From assembly GCA_951406725.2 (NCBI GenBank), contig OX597817.1, forward strand, positions 85,436,001-85,500,000: a DNA stretch of 64,000 bases, in the 5' to 3' direction. Positions 1 through 13,436 of the stretch are shown in pieces (position 1 is the first letter of the stretch; every line of letters starts with the position of its first letter). The notes beneath the pieces were generated by a model that saw nothing but the letters and a program-made list of their open reading frames with translations, had not been told where the DNA came from and did no database searches. This stretch comes from Octopus vulgaris (Eukaryota). The position numbers and the translations under genes were made by a program.

Positions 1-1046
1 TATCAAAGATTTTGTATATATTATTTTTGTCAAGTGTAAAATACAAATGTCTGTTCTTAGCCAAGACTTTCCTTCATGGTTGTACAAAACTTTATCATGT
101 ACAATCTTGATTTTGCTATAGATCTTTTATTTACCTTCTTAACTGATTAATTTACTTGAGACTTCTATAACCCACACCTCTTATTTTGTTTTTGCAACAG
201 TTAACAGTGATGATATGAAGTCACTTACTTAGATATTGTTTTCCAATACAATTTGATTTGCTAAGTATGTGACTTGTATTATACTCACCAATATTAGTGT
301 TTTAGAATCTCATCAAAAACTTCTACAGGTTCTACAACTTGTTTTCATCTTCTTAATTGATTAAATCACTATCAGCCACAAAGAACTTGTTTCGTTTGCT
401 ATACATTTTCTCCAGTGCATCCATACTACCTGTAGTAATTTTGTGCTACTTTCTTTAATCAAATATGTATACTTTTACAATTATAGATTCTAGACTTATG
501 ACCCTATTAATGGTTGAAACCATTTCAACTCTTTTACAAACAAGAATCAGATAATAAGTAAACACATGAGGAAATAAATGCATTAAAAAATAATAGAAAT
601 AAAAATGTAGCTATCATATTCAGTGGGAAAGATAAAAGGTTTGGTATGATATAACCTGCTCTGAAGGAGCTTATGAACTCACCTGTATTATCAATATATT
701 GTATATAATATGGAAATCTTCAAAACCATTATAATGTATAGCTGAGTTGAAGAAGAAATAAGTAATGCAGATCAGTTTTCATTGGCAGAAAATCAATCAA
801 TCAATAAAAACAATGTTCATTGAGTCACTGCTTTGATCATTGCTTTATCAAGTAATCTTTACTTGAGCAGAACCTAATTTCTTTGTTTTCTTTTTTCTTT
901 GTTAATCTAAATCAATTTAGTTTTTCAGTGTAAATGATAATTTAATTCAGTTTGTTGTTGTTGTTGTAATTGCTTATTTGAATACTAATATTTTTCTCAT
1001 TTGGAAAAATTAGATTTAGGGTTCTTTTTTATAAAAATATATTTAA

Positions 1047-1374
1047 CTCTTTTGATACCAATTCACCAATGACTACCACTGATTTTATAAGACTAATTTC
1101 CTGTTTTATAATGATATAAATCAAAATATTAATTTATGTTCATAACATCAGCTTAATAATAATAATAACGATAAAGTTATTTTACAAAAACGTAAGGATT
1201 ATTTGCCAACATAATGTGGCAGTCCTAGTTAAGATGAATGTTACTGATAATTAACTCCAGGAAACATTGTCTCCAGCTGGCTATTGACACGCTATTTTAC
1301 AAAATTCTTCATTATTTTCAGAATTAACTAAAACAAAGACATTGTTTTTCAGTAGGAATATGGGAACAAAGAGG
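1047..1374. mobile_element. piggyBac-type MITE
   Basis: TTAA at 1043-1046 and 1375-1378; imperfect terminal inverted repeats (CTCTTTTGATACC ... GGGAACAAAGAGG); non-coding; interrupted by a 103-bp insert. Confidence 0.6.
1190..1292. mobile_element. short retroposed insert of unknown origin
   Basis: flanked by an exact 12-bp direct repeat TATTTTACAAAA (1178-1189, 1293-1304); contains hairpin AGGAT..TGCCAACA-TAA-TGTGGCA-GTCCT. Confidence 0.6.
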
Positions 1375-1436
1375 TTAAATTGAAATTTTTAAAACATATT
1401 TTATAATTAATTACTGGAATTTGTTTTCATTTCCAG

Positions 1437-1565
1437 GCTGGTGCTGATATTGAGCTTAAAGATAATCTTGAAAAGACTGCATTACATCATGCCTGTAACA
1501 CAAGCTGTAAAGATGTAGTTGAAGTTCTCATAAGAAATAAAGCCAATGTTAATGCCTTTGACCAA
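1437..1565 (+). CDS. internal coding exon of an ankyrin-repeat protein (phase 0/0)
   Basis: acceptor ttttcatttccag, donor gtaagt; 129 nt = AGADIELKDNLEKTALHHACNTSCKDVVEVLIRNKANVNAFDQ, matching the ankyrin consensus. Confidence 0.92.
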
Positions 1566-2639
1566 GTAAGTATTAAACTAAATCATTAAAATTCTTTATT
1601 TAATTTTGTAAATATTTATTACATATCTTGTAACCATGATGAAAAATGTTGTATTTGTTAGACTTTATTTTAACCTTGTTAGAAAATGTAACACTGTATT
1701 CCACAAATCCATATAGGAGCCCTCTTTTAACATTCCTATCCATTCTTCCTAACATTCCTATCCATGCTATCATATAGCATCATAAAAATGTTGATCAATA
1801 AAAATGCTCTTAAACTAACATAGTCAAAAGATATGTTCCTTCCTGTAAAGAAAAAAGAAACAAACCATTATTAAGTATTCAACTTTATCTTGATCCTTGT
1901 TAGTTTCCTGCTATTGCATGGAATTTTTGCAATTGTAGTAGACACATTCTGTAGAAACTCAAATAAAAAGTCTTTGTCCATATGGTGCCATTTATTTGGA
2001 ACAAAATCCTATCATCATATTATATATTTCTTTTTAAAACTGGTTTATATTTCAACATCATTTCATCTTAACACATTCAGAAATGGATATTGTTTTCATC
2101 ATATTTATTTTATTTTTTTTACTTTCATATTTTCAGAAGTAATTTTTGTTTTTTAATGAACGATTTCTAGTAGAGAAGTATTTAATGCAAAATGGATTTT
2201 AGAGTTGTGATGTCTATATAGCTGTATTGCTTTGAATTAATCAAGCATTATCTTGTAGCTTAAAGATTTCGATGATGCAATTATTATTTTTAGAATGACA
2301 TTGTAGGCTAGATGTGAGGAACCAGATCTGGCCAGTTTGAGCATAAAACGTTGTTTTAAAGTGGGTTCCTCCCACTGGTGTGATGTGTGACTGCTGTTGT
2401 ACTGTAGTTCCTATTTTACACGAGTAGCCACAATAGTTACTAGTTATCGGATACTGTTGTATCTCTTCATACCGGAATAGAAATACACTAACTTCTGTGT
2501 TACTATCACTGATACCTCCACAAGACACTAACTAGAAGTGTCGACTCTCAACCCTCTCTTAATCATATATTTTTCATGGAAAATATTTATAACTGTCATG
2601 CAATATCAAAATAAAGACACACACACACACATACATACA

Positions 2640-2798
2640 TAATGGGCTCCTTTCAGGTTCTGTCAACTAGTTCCTCTCACAAGGTTTTGGTTGGTACGGT
2701 GCTGTAGTAGAAAACACTTTCCAAGGTACCACTGAATGAGACCGAACATGAAATCACATGGTTATGAAACAAGCTTCTTAACTACACACCCATACCAC
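2640..2798 (-). mobile_element. decayed 5' half of tRNA-derived SINE family A
   Basis: reverse complement resembles the head of the SINE at 4527. Confidence 0.55.
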
Positions 2799-2823
2799 TA
2801 ACACATATATATATATATATACA

Positions 2824-3968
2824 CAGGGGTTGGACAAAACAATAGAAACACCTAGCATCATAATTTTGAAACATCTATAAAACTATCAAAAGCTTGTTAA
2901 TTCTTTTGTTTTTTTATTTATTGTTAGTGTTGCTTAATATATTTAGCCAAAATTGCTTTCCTTTCAGATATCATCAGAAAAAGGTAATTAAAATTCATTA
3001 AAATGACAGATCTATTGGACTTTCAAAGAGGTTAAATTGTCAGTGCTCGTATGGCAGGCACAAGCATAATGAAAACAGTTGAAATGTTTGGTGTATCAAG
3101 AAGTACTGTCTCAAAAGTAGTGACAGCCTTTGAGAAAGAGGGAAAAACTTCCTCATTGAAACAAAACTCTGGAAGAAAACCAAACCTTTCAGATGGGGAC
3201 TGTCGGACTCTTATGCAAATTGTTAGAAAGGATCACAAAAGTACAGCTCCCAAAATTACTGCAGAGCTTAATGACCACCTCTAGAACCTAGTTTCCACAA
3301 AAATTGTTTGCTGGGAGCTGCACAAAGCTGGATTTCATGGGAGGGCTGCAATCAAAATACCACTACTTTCAAAAACAAACATTGCAAAGCATTTAGAGTG
3401 GAATAAAAACCTACAGAATTGGTTCCTAGAGCAATGGAAGAATGTTATTTTCTCTGACGAGTCATCCTTTACCTATATCTTGGAAATCCACCAGCCCAAT
3501 GGTTTCCCTTCATGGCAGAATTAATAGTCATGACTATTTAAACATTTTAACTGATCAAATTCATCCTATGGTTGCAGAACTGTTTCTGGAGGAAAATGCA
3601 AGCTTTCAGGATGACAATGCACCAATTCACACAGCTATAGTTGTTACTGAATGGCACAAGGAACATTCTAGTGAAGTTGAACATCTTATCTGGCCACCAC
3701 AGTCCCCAGATTTCAATATTATTGAACATTTATGATGCATTTTAGAAAAACAAGTAAGGAGTTGATATCATCCACCATCATCACTACAAGAACTGGAGAC
3801 TTTTAGCTGATAAATGGACAAAAATTCCTTTGGAAACAATTCAAACTTTGTACGAGTCCATACCTCATAGAATTCAAGCTGTAATTACTGCCAGAGGCAG
3901 TCCAACCCCATATTAAAATAAGTTTGTTTCAAATTTTAAGGTGTTTCCATTATTTTGTCCAATCCCTG
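2824..3968 (+). mobile_element. Tc1-like DNA transposon, defective, DD36E spacing
   Basis: 30-bp TIRs with 3 mismatches (2824-2853, 3939-3968); TA after the right end; disrupted transposase inside. Confidence 0.9.
3003..3915 (+). pseudogene. Tc1-family transposase pseudogene
   Basis: HTH region (MFGVSRSTVSKV, GRKPNLS), FSDESSF, FQDDNAPIH and WPPQSPDFNIIEHL motifs; stops, frameshifts and an apparent deletion after the first catalytic Asp. Confidence 0.88.
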
Positions 3969-4526
3969 TATATACGCATACACACATGTATATATTTATA
4001 ATGGTCTTTAAAAACTCTTTAAAATGATTTAGTTCTAATGTGATTGGTATTTTAAATGGATTTCATTTTGGTTTTAACAATAAATCTTTAGTTATTTAAT
4101 CAGTAGAAGCACCAGCTCATTGAATTAGGAAATAGCTGAGTATTCCGTATACATGTGTGCCCTTAACACAATATACAGGTTGAATCACTGTAAAACAGCA
4201 TGACAAGAGTGAATCTTTAAATTACAGGTGCAATCCATCTGATTGGTTTCCTCACAGTTTTCATCAACTCCATTTTCATTCAACCTGAGTCTTTGATTCA
4301 AGAAACATTTGTCGGAAATGTCATCCAGTGAGATTGAACATGGGATATCATGATTGTAAAGCAAACTTCTTAACCGTCCAACCATTGATCTTTAGAGTAT
4401 ATATTTTCAGATTTAATGATTGACTTAAATTTTTAGATAATTTCATACATATCAACATCATATCAAAATGCTATAGATTTTTACCCAGCGTTTTGCTAAA
4501 CCAACATAAATATTCAATAGAGTATA

Positions 4527-4710
4527 GGTGCAGGAGTGGCTGTGTGGTAAGTAGCTTGCTTACCAACCACATAGTTCCAGGTTCAGTCCCACTGAGTAGC
4601 ACTTTTGGTAAGTGTCTTCTACTATAGCTTTGGGCTAACCAAGGACTTATGAGTGGATTTGGAAAACAGAAACTTAAAGAAGCCCACCATATATATTTGT
4701 GTGTGTATAT

Positions 4711-4769
<59 letters not shown>

Positions 4770-4982
4770 CTGTGTTTGTCCACCCACCCCTCAACATCGC
4801 TTGACAACTGATGCTATGTGTTTACATCCCTGTAACTTAGCAGTTTGGCAAAAGAGCATGACAGAATAAGTATTAGATTTGCAAGGAATAAGTCCTGGGG
4901 TTAATTTGTTCAACTAAAGGCAGTCCTCCAGCATGGCCACAGTCAAATGACTGAAACAATAAAAGAATAAAAGAACAGAAGA

Positions 4983-4983
<1 letters not shown>
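4527..4983 (+). mobile_element. tRNA-derived SINE family A (full length, internal (TG)n)
   Basis: A-box-like TGGCTGTGTGG, B-box-like GGTTCAGTCCC, tail TGACTGAAACAA + A-rich repeats; multiple copies in window. Confidence 0.85.
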
Positions 4984-5015
<32 letters not shown>

Positions 5016-5701
5016 GTGAGAGAGAAGAGAAAGAGAGAGGTAAATTTTTATGTAAATTAAAGTTGTATACATTAACTTGGAGAAGATATATTACTTGCCA
5101 TTCATACAAGTTCAGTTCCTTAAATTTGACACATGCTACAAAACTGCAATTTATCTATTTAAATAGTGTTGTAGAAAAGTACCTCAGTTCAGTTTATTAA
5201 TCCTTTCACCAAAACTGATATAAATATTCAAACTATTTTAGATTTACAAAATTATCATTAATTTCAGATGTATATAGACATGCTCTCTCTTTTATATGAT
5301 AATTTTAAAATATACACTTAATAAATGGCAAGCAAACAAGTAAACTTTGAATACTAATAGAAATTTATGCAAACTTAATTAATCCCCAAAACTATTGAAA
5401 GCATTTTTTATTATTTACGTAGTATGACCTTAATTCATAATCTAAACCATTTTACCTTAAGTTAATGTCATTATCAAATTTATAATAAGCATTGGTGTAT
5501 GTGCTCAAACTTGAAAGTAATATAATGAACTATGATTATAAATCATTTTTAACTTGTTTCAGCTGTGACTATTGTGGTCACATCATAAATACAAGTTAAA
5601 TGTACCATCTCTACAGTGGCCACACACTACACATCTTTACAGTGATCACATCACACATCTTTATTGTGATCATGTACTATACAGCTTTACAGAGGTCATA
5701 T

Positions 5702-6101
5702 TCTTTCTTTCTTTCTTTCTTTTACTTGTTTCAGTCATTTGACTGCAGCCATGCTGGAGCACCACTTTTAGTGGAACAAATAAACCCCAGAGCTTATTCT
5801 TTGTAAGCCTGGTACTTATTCTGTCAGTCTCTTTTGCCGAACCACTAAGTTACGGGGATGTAAACACACCAGCATCGGTTGTCAAGCGATGTTGGGGGGA
5901 CAAACACATACACACACACACACACACACATATATATATGACGGGCTTCTTTCAGTTTCCATCTACCAAATCCATTCACAAGGCTTTGGTCGGCCCAAGG
6001 CTATAGTAGAAAACACTTGCCCAAGGTGCCACGCAGTGGGACTGAACCCGGAATCATGTTGTTGGTAAGCAAGTTACTCACCACACAGCCACCCCTATGC
6101 C
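5702..6101 (-). mobile_element. SINE family A
   Basis: reverse-complement copy of 4527-4983. Confidence 0.85.
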
Positions 6102-6739
6102 TATGTTATATGTCTATAACCTAAACCAAAACTACATCCCAAAGACTAGACTGTATCGTGAAACCTAGAAAACTCTTCATTTTTCACCAATTGTTAACTC
6201 TTCTACTGAGGGCATGTGTCACCTGTATAAGAGTACTGTTTACATACTGCTGCTATACCTACAGACACTAAACTGCATTAAGAAATACTTCCATCTGTTT
6301 GACTAGTAAACCTTCATTTATTAATACGCTACAACCACTGGTTTGCATATGGTCTGTTTCTTCTCTGTATATCATTGTTTGTGAATCTAGATTAGCAAGT
6401 TGTGTACTACCTCTAAATTAGTTTCTCTAAATTAGCAAGTTGTGTACTACCTCTATCTGAACCTACATAATGCAACAGCTTCTTTTCTACTCTACAAGTT
6501 TACTTCTTCCACACTAAATATCTATACCCATTATTACTCGGACAACAGATTTCTCAAGAACTCACACCATGGCCACAAGTAATAACATTCAGATGTTCAA
6601 ATTAAGGCTCAACTTCATTGTCTAGTTTTTGGAAGGTCTGTAAAGGTCATGAGCACATCTCTTTTAACAACATAATTAGTTAAAATGTTCAAAACAAATT
6701 GTGTTTAAAGCTTACCTTTAATATTGCTTTATTTCCATA

Positions 6740-6932
6740 AGGTACTGAGCTGGCAGAATCTTAGCAGCATTTTGTCTATCTTTACATTTTTAGTTCAAAT
6801 TCCGCTAAGGTCAACTTTGCCTTTCATCCTTTTAGGGTCAATAAAATAAGTTCTTGTTGAGTCTCTTGCGTCAATATAATAAACATATCCCACCACCAAA
6901 AATGACTGGTCTTGTACCAATATTTGAAACTG
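6740..6932 (+). mobile_element. SINE family B (Nin/Deu-domain-like core)
   Basis: GAGCTGGCAGAA head, GTTCAAATTCC B box, core TTTGCCTTTCATCCTTT..GTCAATAAAATAAGT. Confidence 0.7.
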
Positions 6933-7224
6933 ATATTGTTTTATTCCCTGTAATATCATTTTAATCTACTTTAAAATTTGTATATATGACACGAGTAATG
7001 GTATCTTGCTGTAAATGATTTAAATAATAATGATAATGAGCTTATTGTATACAGTACTCAAAAGCACTACAACTTGTCAGAAAAGGTTAAAAGAGAGAAC
7101 AGAAAGCAACAACAAGTCAAACAAAGAAAGACAGCAATGGATACTAAAAATGCATGCACAGTACACAGAATAAAATGTAAAAGACAGAGAAGTGAACAGT
7201 AAAAGAGCCATAAAGAGGAAAAGG

Positions 7225-7650
7225 TACAATAGGTATGTCAGAAGTAGTGTTAGTGAATTTCAGGAAGCAGAATTTTTAAAGGATGCAGTGTCTTGACAGT
7301 TAATAACTGACATAGTAATTTATTCCATGCTTTGAAAATTCTGAGCATGAAAAAATGATTCCAAAAGTCATGCTATCCACAAGTGGTAGTATTTAATTCA
7401 AAAAGATAGCCACAGTTGTTGTTAGAAACATGGTGGGTAATCTTGTGAGTTTCTGCCCAAGTCAGTTGCTAGATTTCAAAACTTTAGTGTCTCAATTCCC
7501 CAAAAAGAAATACATTCAAGATATGGTGACCAACAGAAGGTTTTCATCTGGTTGCGCATCTTTGGACAGCTTCCAGCAAATCAACATTCTGGACAAGATG
7601 GGAAAGAATTATTCCACTTATATCTGTGTAAAATGCAATGTAAACAGATA
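7225..7650 (-). mobile_element. decayed CR1/Jockey-like LINE 3' fragment
   Basis: minus strand encodes FFMLRIFKAWNKL, resembling the FF.R...WN.LP C-terminal motif of CR1/Jockey ORF2. Confidence 0.45.
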
Positions 7651-8258
7651 TTTAAAAAATAAGCATCAATTTTATAGTAGATTTTATTTTTCAAGTTTAA
7701 TATCTGAGAATTTATCAATTGTTAATTCTAAAATAGATCTAAAATATTACAAGAATTATTCACTGTCAGAAGAACTTTTTAGAATTAAGTGATCATATAG
7801 CATTCGTAATTTAAAATGCCTAATTTTTACCACATTTTGAAACTTCAGTGAAAATAAGTCTCATCATCTCATTATCATCATAAATTTAATGTCTGTGTTC
7901 CATGCTGGCATTGATTGCATGGTTTGACATAATCTGATGGGTCCAAGAATTGCATTGTGCTCCAGTGTCTGCTTTGATATGGTTTCTATGGCTAGATGTC
8001 CTTCCTAATGACAACCATATTACAGTGTGTAGTGGATGCTTTTTTGCAGCACTAGTGAGGTCACTATGCAACTTGCCAGATGACAAAACTCCAATGGGAG
8101 ATCAGTATTTGTGTGAAGAGATGAGAGTATGGGAGGAGGGAAGGAGAGAGGGCAAAGTAGGTTCTACTCAACTTTAGGAGGGACAGTTGAGATGGTCAGT
8201 AAGAGCTTCAAGACAAGGTGTCTCCTCAAGGCATGAGGTGAGTAGAAGTGTGTTGAAA

Positions 8259-8489
8259 GGTGACGAGCTGGCAGAAACGTTAGCATGCCAGGCAAAATAC
8301 TCAGTGGTATTTCGTCTGTCTTTATGTTCTGAGTTCAAATTCCACTGAGGTCAACTTTTCCTTTCATCCTTTCAGGGTCGATAAATCAAGTACCAGTTAC
8401 GCACTGGGGTTGATGTAATCGACTTAATCCCTTTGTCTGCCCTCGTTTGTCCCCTCTATGTTTAGCCTCTTGTGGGCAATAAAGAAATA
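8259..8489 (+). mobile_element. SINE family B with 15-bp TSD
   Basis: TSD AGAAGTGTGTTGAAA at 8244-8258 and 8490-8504; tail GCCTCTTGTGGGCAATAAAGAAATA. Confidence 0.88.
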
Positions 8490-9029
8490 AGAAGTGTGTT
8501 GAAACAGTGAAACTAGAAGTGTGGGTGGATGAGAGTTTGCAGGGGTGTATGGAAGAGTAGAAAATGAGGGAATGGGAGGTAGGCAATAACTTCCAAGATT
8601 GGGTAGGATTTGTAGTGTGAATGTAGGGAGTTATAGATGGTCTATGCTGTCATAGTTGAGGAAAGTAGAAGGGTGTAGAAGAGAGTGGAAGAGTGTAGCA
8701 AGAGAGAGATGGCAAGTAGTTGGGTATGCTACAGGAGTGGGGAGGGTTGAGAGAAGCAAGTGTAGTGCATGTAGGGAGATAAATTGGTGGTTCAGTAGGT
8801 GGGGAAAGAATCACTAATATGTGAGGAGAACAGTAATTTATGGATGAAGAGAGGCTAACAAATGAAATGTTCCAGGGAACAAAAAATAGGATGATATGAA
8901 GGTGGGAAGGAGTCACAGTCAGAGAGATGTATGGAGGAGTTTGGGCAATGTATCCATTTATGTACATATATGCACACAGTGCTTCTAGAAGTCAATTGCA
9001 ATTTCACAAAGGTGGGTAAGTTTTCTTAA

Positions 9030-11205
9030 GAACCTTATATCACCAGAAATCCTGGTCTTTTGTCATCTCCATGAGATCAGACTTGGTTACTTCATCATGT
9101 ATCTTTCTGGGTCTCCCTTTTCCATTTAGTGACCAGCACTTTTTTACATAGCTGTCCTCATCCATATGTATCACATGTCCATACCAGCACACCCTCCTTT
9201 CATGCACAGATTCCTCTTATGCCCAGTTTTTCTCTCAGCACATTTTTACTGTGTAATTCCTTTACACTTACATTGCACATCCAACGGAGCATGCTCACTT
9301 TACTTTTTTCCAGTCTTCTCAAGCCTTCTGCATTCAAGGTCCATGTCTCACTATCATGCAGCATTTCAGTTCTAATACAAACATCATACAATCTTATTTC
9401 TTTAAACATAGAGGGAACAAACAAGGACAGGCAAAGGGATTAAGTCGATTAGATCGACCCCAGTGCATAACTGGTGCTTAATTTATCGACCCTGAAAGGA
9501 TGAAAGGCAAAGTCAACCTCAGCAGAATTTGAACTCAGAACATAACAACAGACGAAATACCGCTAAGCATTTCGCCCGGCATGCTAACATTTCTGCCAGC
9601 TCGCCACCTTATAAACATCATACAATCTGTCCTTTACTCTTGTTAGAAAAGACCTTTGTTGTCAACAGTAACAATAGCTCTCTGAATTTTCTTTAACCTG
9701 TTCTTACTCTGCTTATTAAACTATTAAACGTTTAGTGCAGCCATCTCCCTTGCTCCAAAGTAATACAAGCTATCAACTATTTCTAATGAACAATTCCAGC
9801 ATTCAAGAACATCTATTTTCAAAGTGTTCATAGTAAGTGTTGTTCCAGCACATCTATTACCTATGAAGCTCATATTCTCTGCTAAGCTGCCTTTGATCCC
9901 GCATCTCTTGTGTGTCTAAAGTTTGCATTGGGTATTGCATATGGAGTTTATGCATACTCCTTTTCAAGGCCATTTTCCTTAAGATACTAGAGTTCTGTCT
10001 TCTTTCCTACTTATTAGAACCTTCATCTTTGCTAAGTTTCCCTTAAGACTTCTTAATTCTTGCTTTAGCTCCCATACCCAAAATTTCCTCCCTAATTCTC
10101 CTATAAATGTAGCTATGAGAGCTAGGTCTTGAGCATATCAGAGTTTTCAAAAATATGCAGTCTTAAACTCTTCTGTGACAGCTTGTAGGATGAATTGGAG
10201 AGAACTGTGGACTGGCCTTTGATGAACCCTTACCTTTACACTAAATTTGTCACTGAAATTATTGTCAACTCTCACTTTAATCCCTCCATCATAGTATACA
10301 GCTCATACAGCCCTTACAAGCCATTCGTCTGAACCTAGTTTCCTCAAAGACCACCAAATTACTGAGATTGGTACTCTGTTGAATACTTTCTCTGGATCAA
10401 TAAAATCTAGCAATAGCAACTTATTTTTAGCCAGATATTTCTCCTGCATTTGTCTCACAATGAAGTTTGCATTTGTGAAGCTTTTTTCTATGAGCAAACC
10501 AAACTAGGTTCACTCTATCATGAATTAACTATGCTACCACTCTTTCTGGGACCTTCATAACATAATCTGGCAGCTTGATCCCTTTATGGCTGCATCTCTC
10601 AAAAGCATCACCTCTGTCATTGTTGCAGTTTACAATGATACTTCCATGCCAGTTATTCAGGATGACAACTTGTATGACTTGACTAATTATCCAGATGGTA
10701 TTTGTGTATCTTAACTACCTCACTAGATATTTTGAGCATCTCTGTAACTATCCATGATGGGCTTACAGCCTTCTCTTGTTTCATGCCCTTGATTGCTTTA
10801 TCTATCAAGTTGCTATCAACCTGAATTGTTGGTGTTTCTATAGAGTCAACATGAGGTGGCTCCCCTTTATCCCATACTTTCTACATATTCAGCAGCCTTT
10901 AATAAAAATAATTCCATGTCATTTTCATGTCTTCCGTCTCAATGGTAAGTACATTTTCATCATTCTGAACACACTTCTCACCAATGACATCTCTGTTCTC
11001 TTTCACACATTTTCTCGTAATTTTGAACAATTCATATCTTTGATCCTCCTGTTGCTGGACATATGCAGATCTCTTCCTTTCTACCTCATCTTTAGCCAAA
11101 TACACCTAGTGTCCAGCTGCCTTTCTCACCATTAGTTAACACTCCCTACTACTATCATTCTTCCAGGCTTTCCAAGCCTGTCTCTTAACCTTAAGTGTCC
11201 TGTCA
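9030..11205 (-). mobile_element. decayed RTE-clade LINE (RT region), interrupted by a SINE
   Basis: peptides FIVRQMQEKYLAKNK..FIDPEKVFNRVP..IWWSLRKLG and RLYDVCIRTEMLHDSETW..MLRWMCNVS; homologous to 46521-47670. Confidence 0.8.
9395..9612 (-). mobile_element. SINE family B with 16-bp TSD, inside the RTE LINE
   Basis: TSD AAACATCATACAATCT at 9379-9394 and 9613-9628. Confidence 0.88.
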
Positions 11206-12874
11206 AACCTTATCATTCCACTATCATGTTACTTTCAGTTTGGCTGAAACATTACTCCATCCACATGTCCATGGAAAATATAACCTTGTTTGGAAACAGG
11301 TGCAAATTGTCAACAGGAAGGGCATCTGGCTACAGAAAATCTGCATCAATGAATTCTTTTTGACCCATGCAAGCGTTGAAAAATAGATGTTAAAACTATG
11401 TTGTTGTTATTGATGATAATGATGCTTTAAGTCTCTCATATATTGTTGTAATGTAATTTATGTACAATAAATAAGATAACCAGACAGCAGTAAAAACAAT
11501 GTAACAAACTAAAAAATCCCTCTTGTGAACTAACCAACCAACATCTGATTTCACTGTGAACTAACACAATCTTCACTAGACTCCGTTTTGGTATTACTTT
11601 CAGATATTCTATAGGGTTCAATATCACTTGGTGCTAGCACTTCAAACATATTATAGAAGACTTCCATTGGTATTACCCTTCGTTCTTTTGTATGTCTCAT
11701 CTTTAACTGGTTAAGGTGTCTCATGTTCCAAATGTTGTCCTTTAATTAAATACATCATTTTACCTAATGTTTTGATTACACAGCTATCCTCCCAACCTTC
11801 TTTACCATTTTTGTAATTTTTAAAATGAACTTTGTCTCCTACTTTGAAATGTTTTGTAATATTTCTTGTATTTCCTTCAAATGTATTTTTTACCTTTATG
11901 TATTTTCTCCTGGCAATAATTTATTGAAGATCGATTTTATTTTCAGGATGTAATTGGCTTGTTTGAGTTAGTTATTTCTCACAGAACACTTTCATTAGCA
12001 ACTTTACTTGTTTTTCTTTCTAATTATTTTACTGCTACTGTATTAATCCAAATAGCTAGTCCCTTTTATTCTTTGTATTAGTTTTTAATACTTCATTTAT
12101 TCTTATTTCTTAATTTGAAAACCAAACCAAACTGAAAATATTTTTCTTCATTCTTAATATAACTATCATACTCTTTTTTTAATTTTGTTTTCTAATCCTA
12201 AACCATTTTAGTTATTTTACACTGTTTAAATCTTTCATCTATTAACATTAGAGAATTCAAATGGTTTATATTTACCAATTCCATGTTTGTTGTATATTTT
12301 CTTAAACTTAATTACTTAAAGAGAGTTTTTGATACAGCTTTTTGATAATCCTTTCTACATGTACAACTTTTATACCACAAAAGATTAGTGTAGGCTACAC
12401 ACATTGAACATTCGGGTAGATTCTGCCTGACTCAATTTGTAAGCTTCAAGAAATCTTTATCTAATAACTAAAACTTTCGACATTATTAAATCGATAGAAT
12501 TTCTTGGCAAATACAAGACTTGTTTCAGATTCTTTATCAAATAACTATTGTATTTCTTCATTTGGGTAGAATTAATCTTGTTTCTTAAATTACTATCTTT
12601 TATTCGTTTTTTAAATTAGAGATATAAATAATCAGTCACAACCTGTTTTTATTTCTAACTTACATATACAAATTTCTAAAAGCAACAAACTTTTTAGTGA
12701 AATGTATTCAACACTGATGATAATATCAATGTTATTAATTCACAAGATAGCTCTTATCCATTTATTCTAAAATTTAAAATGTATTTTTTAAGGCAATACA
12801 GATATATCTAAAAGATGTGTAATACCCAAAAATCTGGTTTACTTTTTCTATTGTTTATTTAATAATAATAATCT

Positions 12875-13087
12875 CTTCTACAATAAGGACAAGGCCTGAA
12901 ATTTGAGGGGAGGGGGATAGTTGGTTTCCTTGACCCCAGTGCTTCATGGATTCTTATTTTATCAACCACAAAAAGATAAAAGGCAAAGTTGACCTTGGTG
13001 GCATTTGAACTCAGAACATAAAGACAGACGAAATGCCATTAAGAATTTTGTCTGGTGTGTTAATAGTTCTGCCAGTTCGCCACCTTA
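12875..13087 (-). mobile_element. SINE family B
   Basis: reverse-complement match to the family B head and core. Confidence 0.75.
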
Positions 13088-13110
13088 ATAATAGTAATAA
13101 CAACAACAAC

Positions 13111-13428
13111 AATTATATTTAACATGTTCGTGTACATTTAAATGTAGAGAGACCTCTGCTGTGGAAATTGTCTAAAGAAAAAAATTCTCTTTAAAGACAA
13201 TGTGAGTGAAAACATACCACTAAGCAATAAATGATGTAATTTGACCATAGGACACATGTTTCTGCATCATTACACTTCATTAACTAAGCATGATCTGATG
13301 ACATCATTCATAGCTTAATGGTGTGTTTTTCACATACATTTTCTATAAGGAGAATTTTCTCTCTTGAGACAATTTCCACAGCAAGTGTCTTCCACATCTG
13401 AGTGTACACAAATGTTTTTAATATAATT
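13111..13428. mobile_element. fold-back (palindromic) MITE-like element
   Basis: ~140-bp imperfect inverted arms, e.g. TGCTGTGGAAATTGTCT / AGACAATTTCCACAGCA; termini AATTATATT / AATATAATT. Confidence 0.7.
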
Positions 13429-13436
13429 AAACACAC

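Noticed and set aside
2350-2555. Possible short solo LTR
   Set aside because: Could not define termini or a TSD by eye
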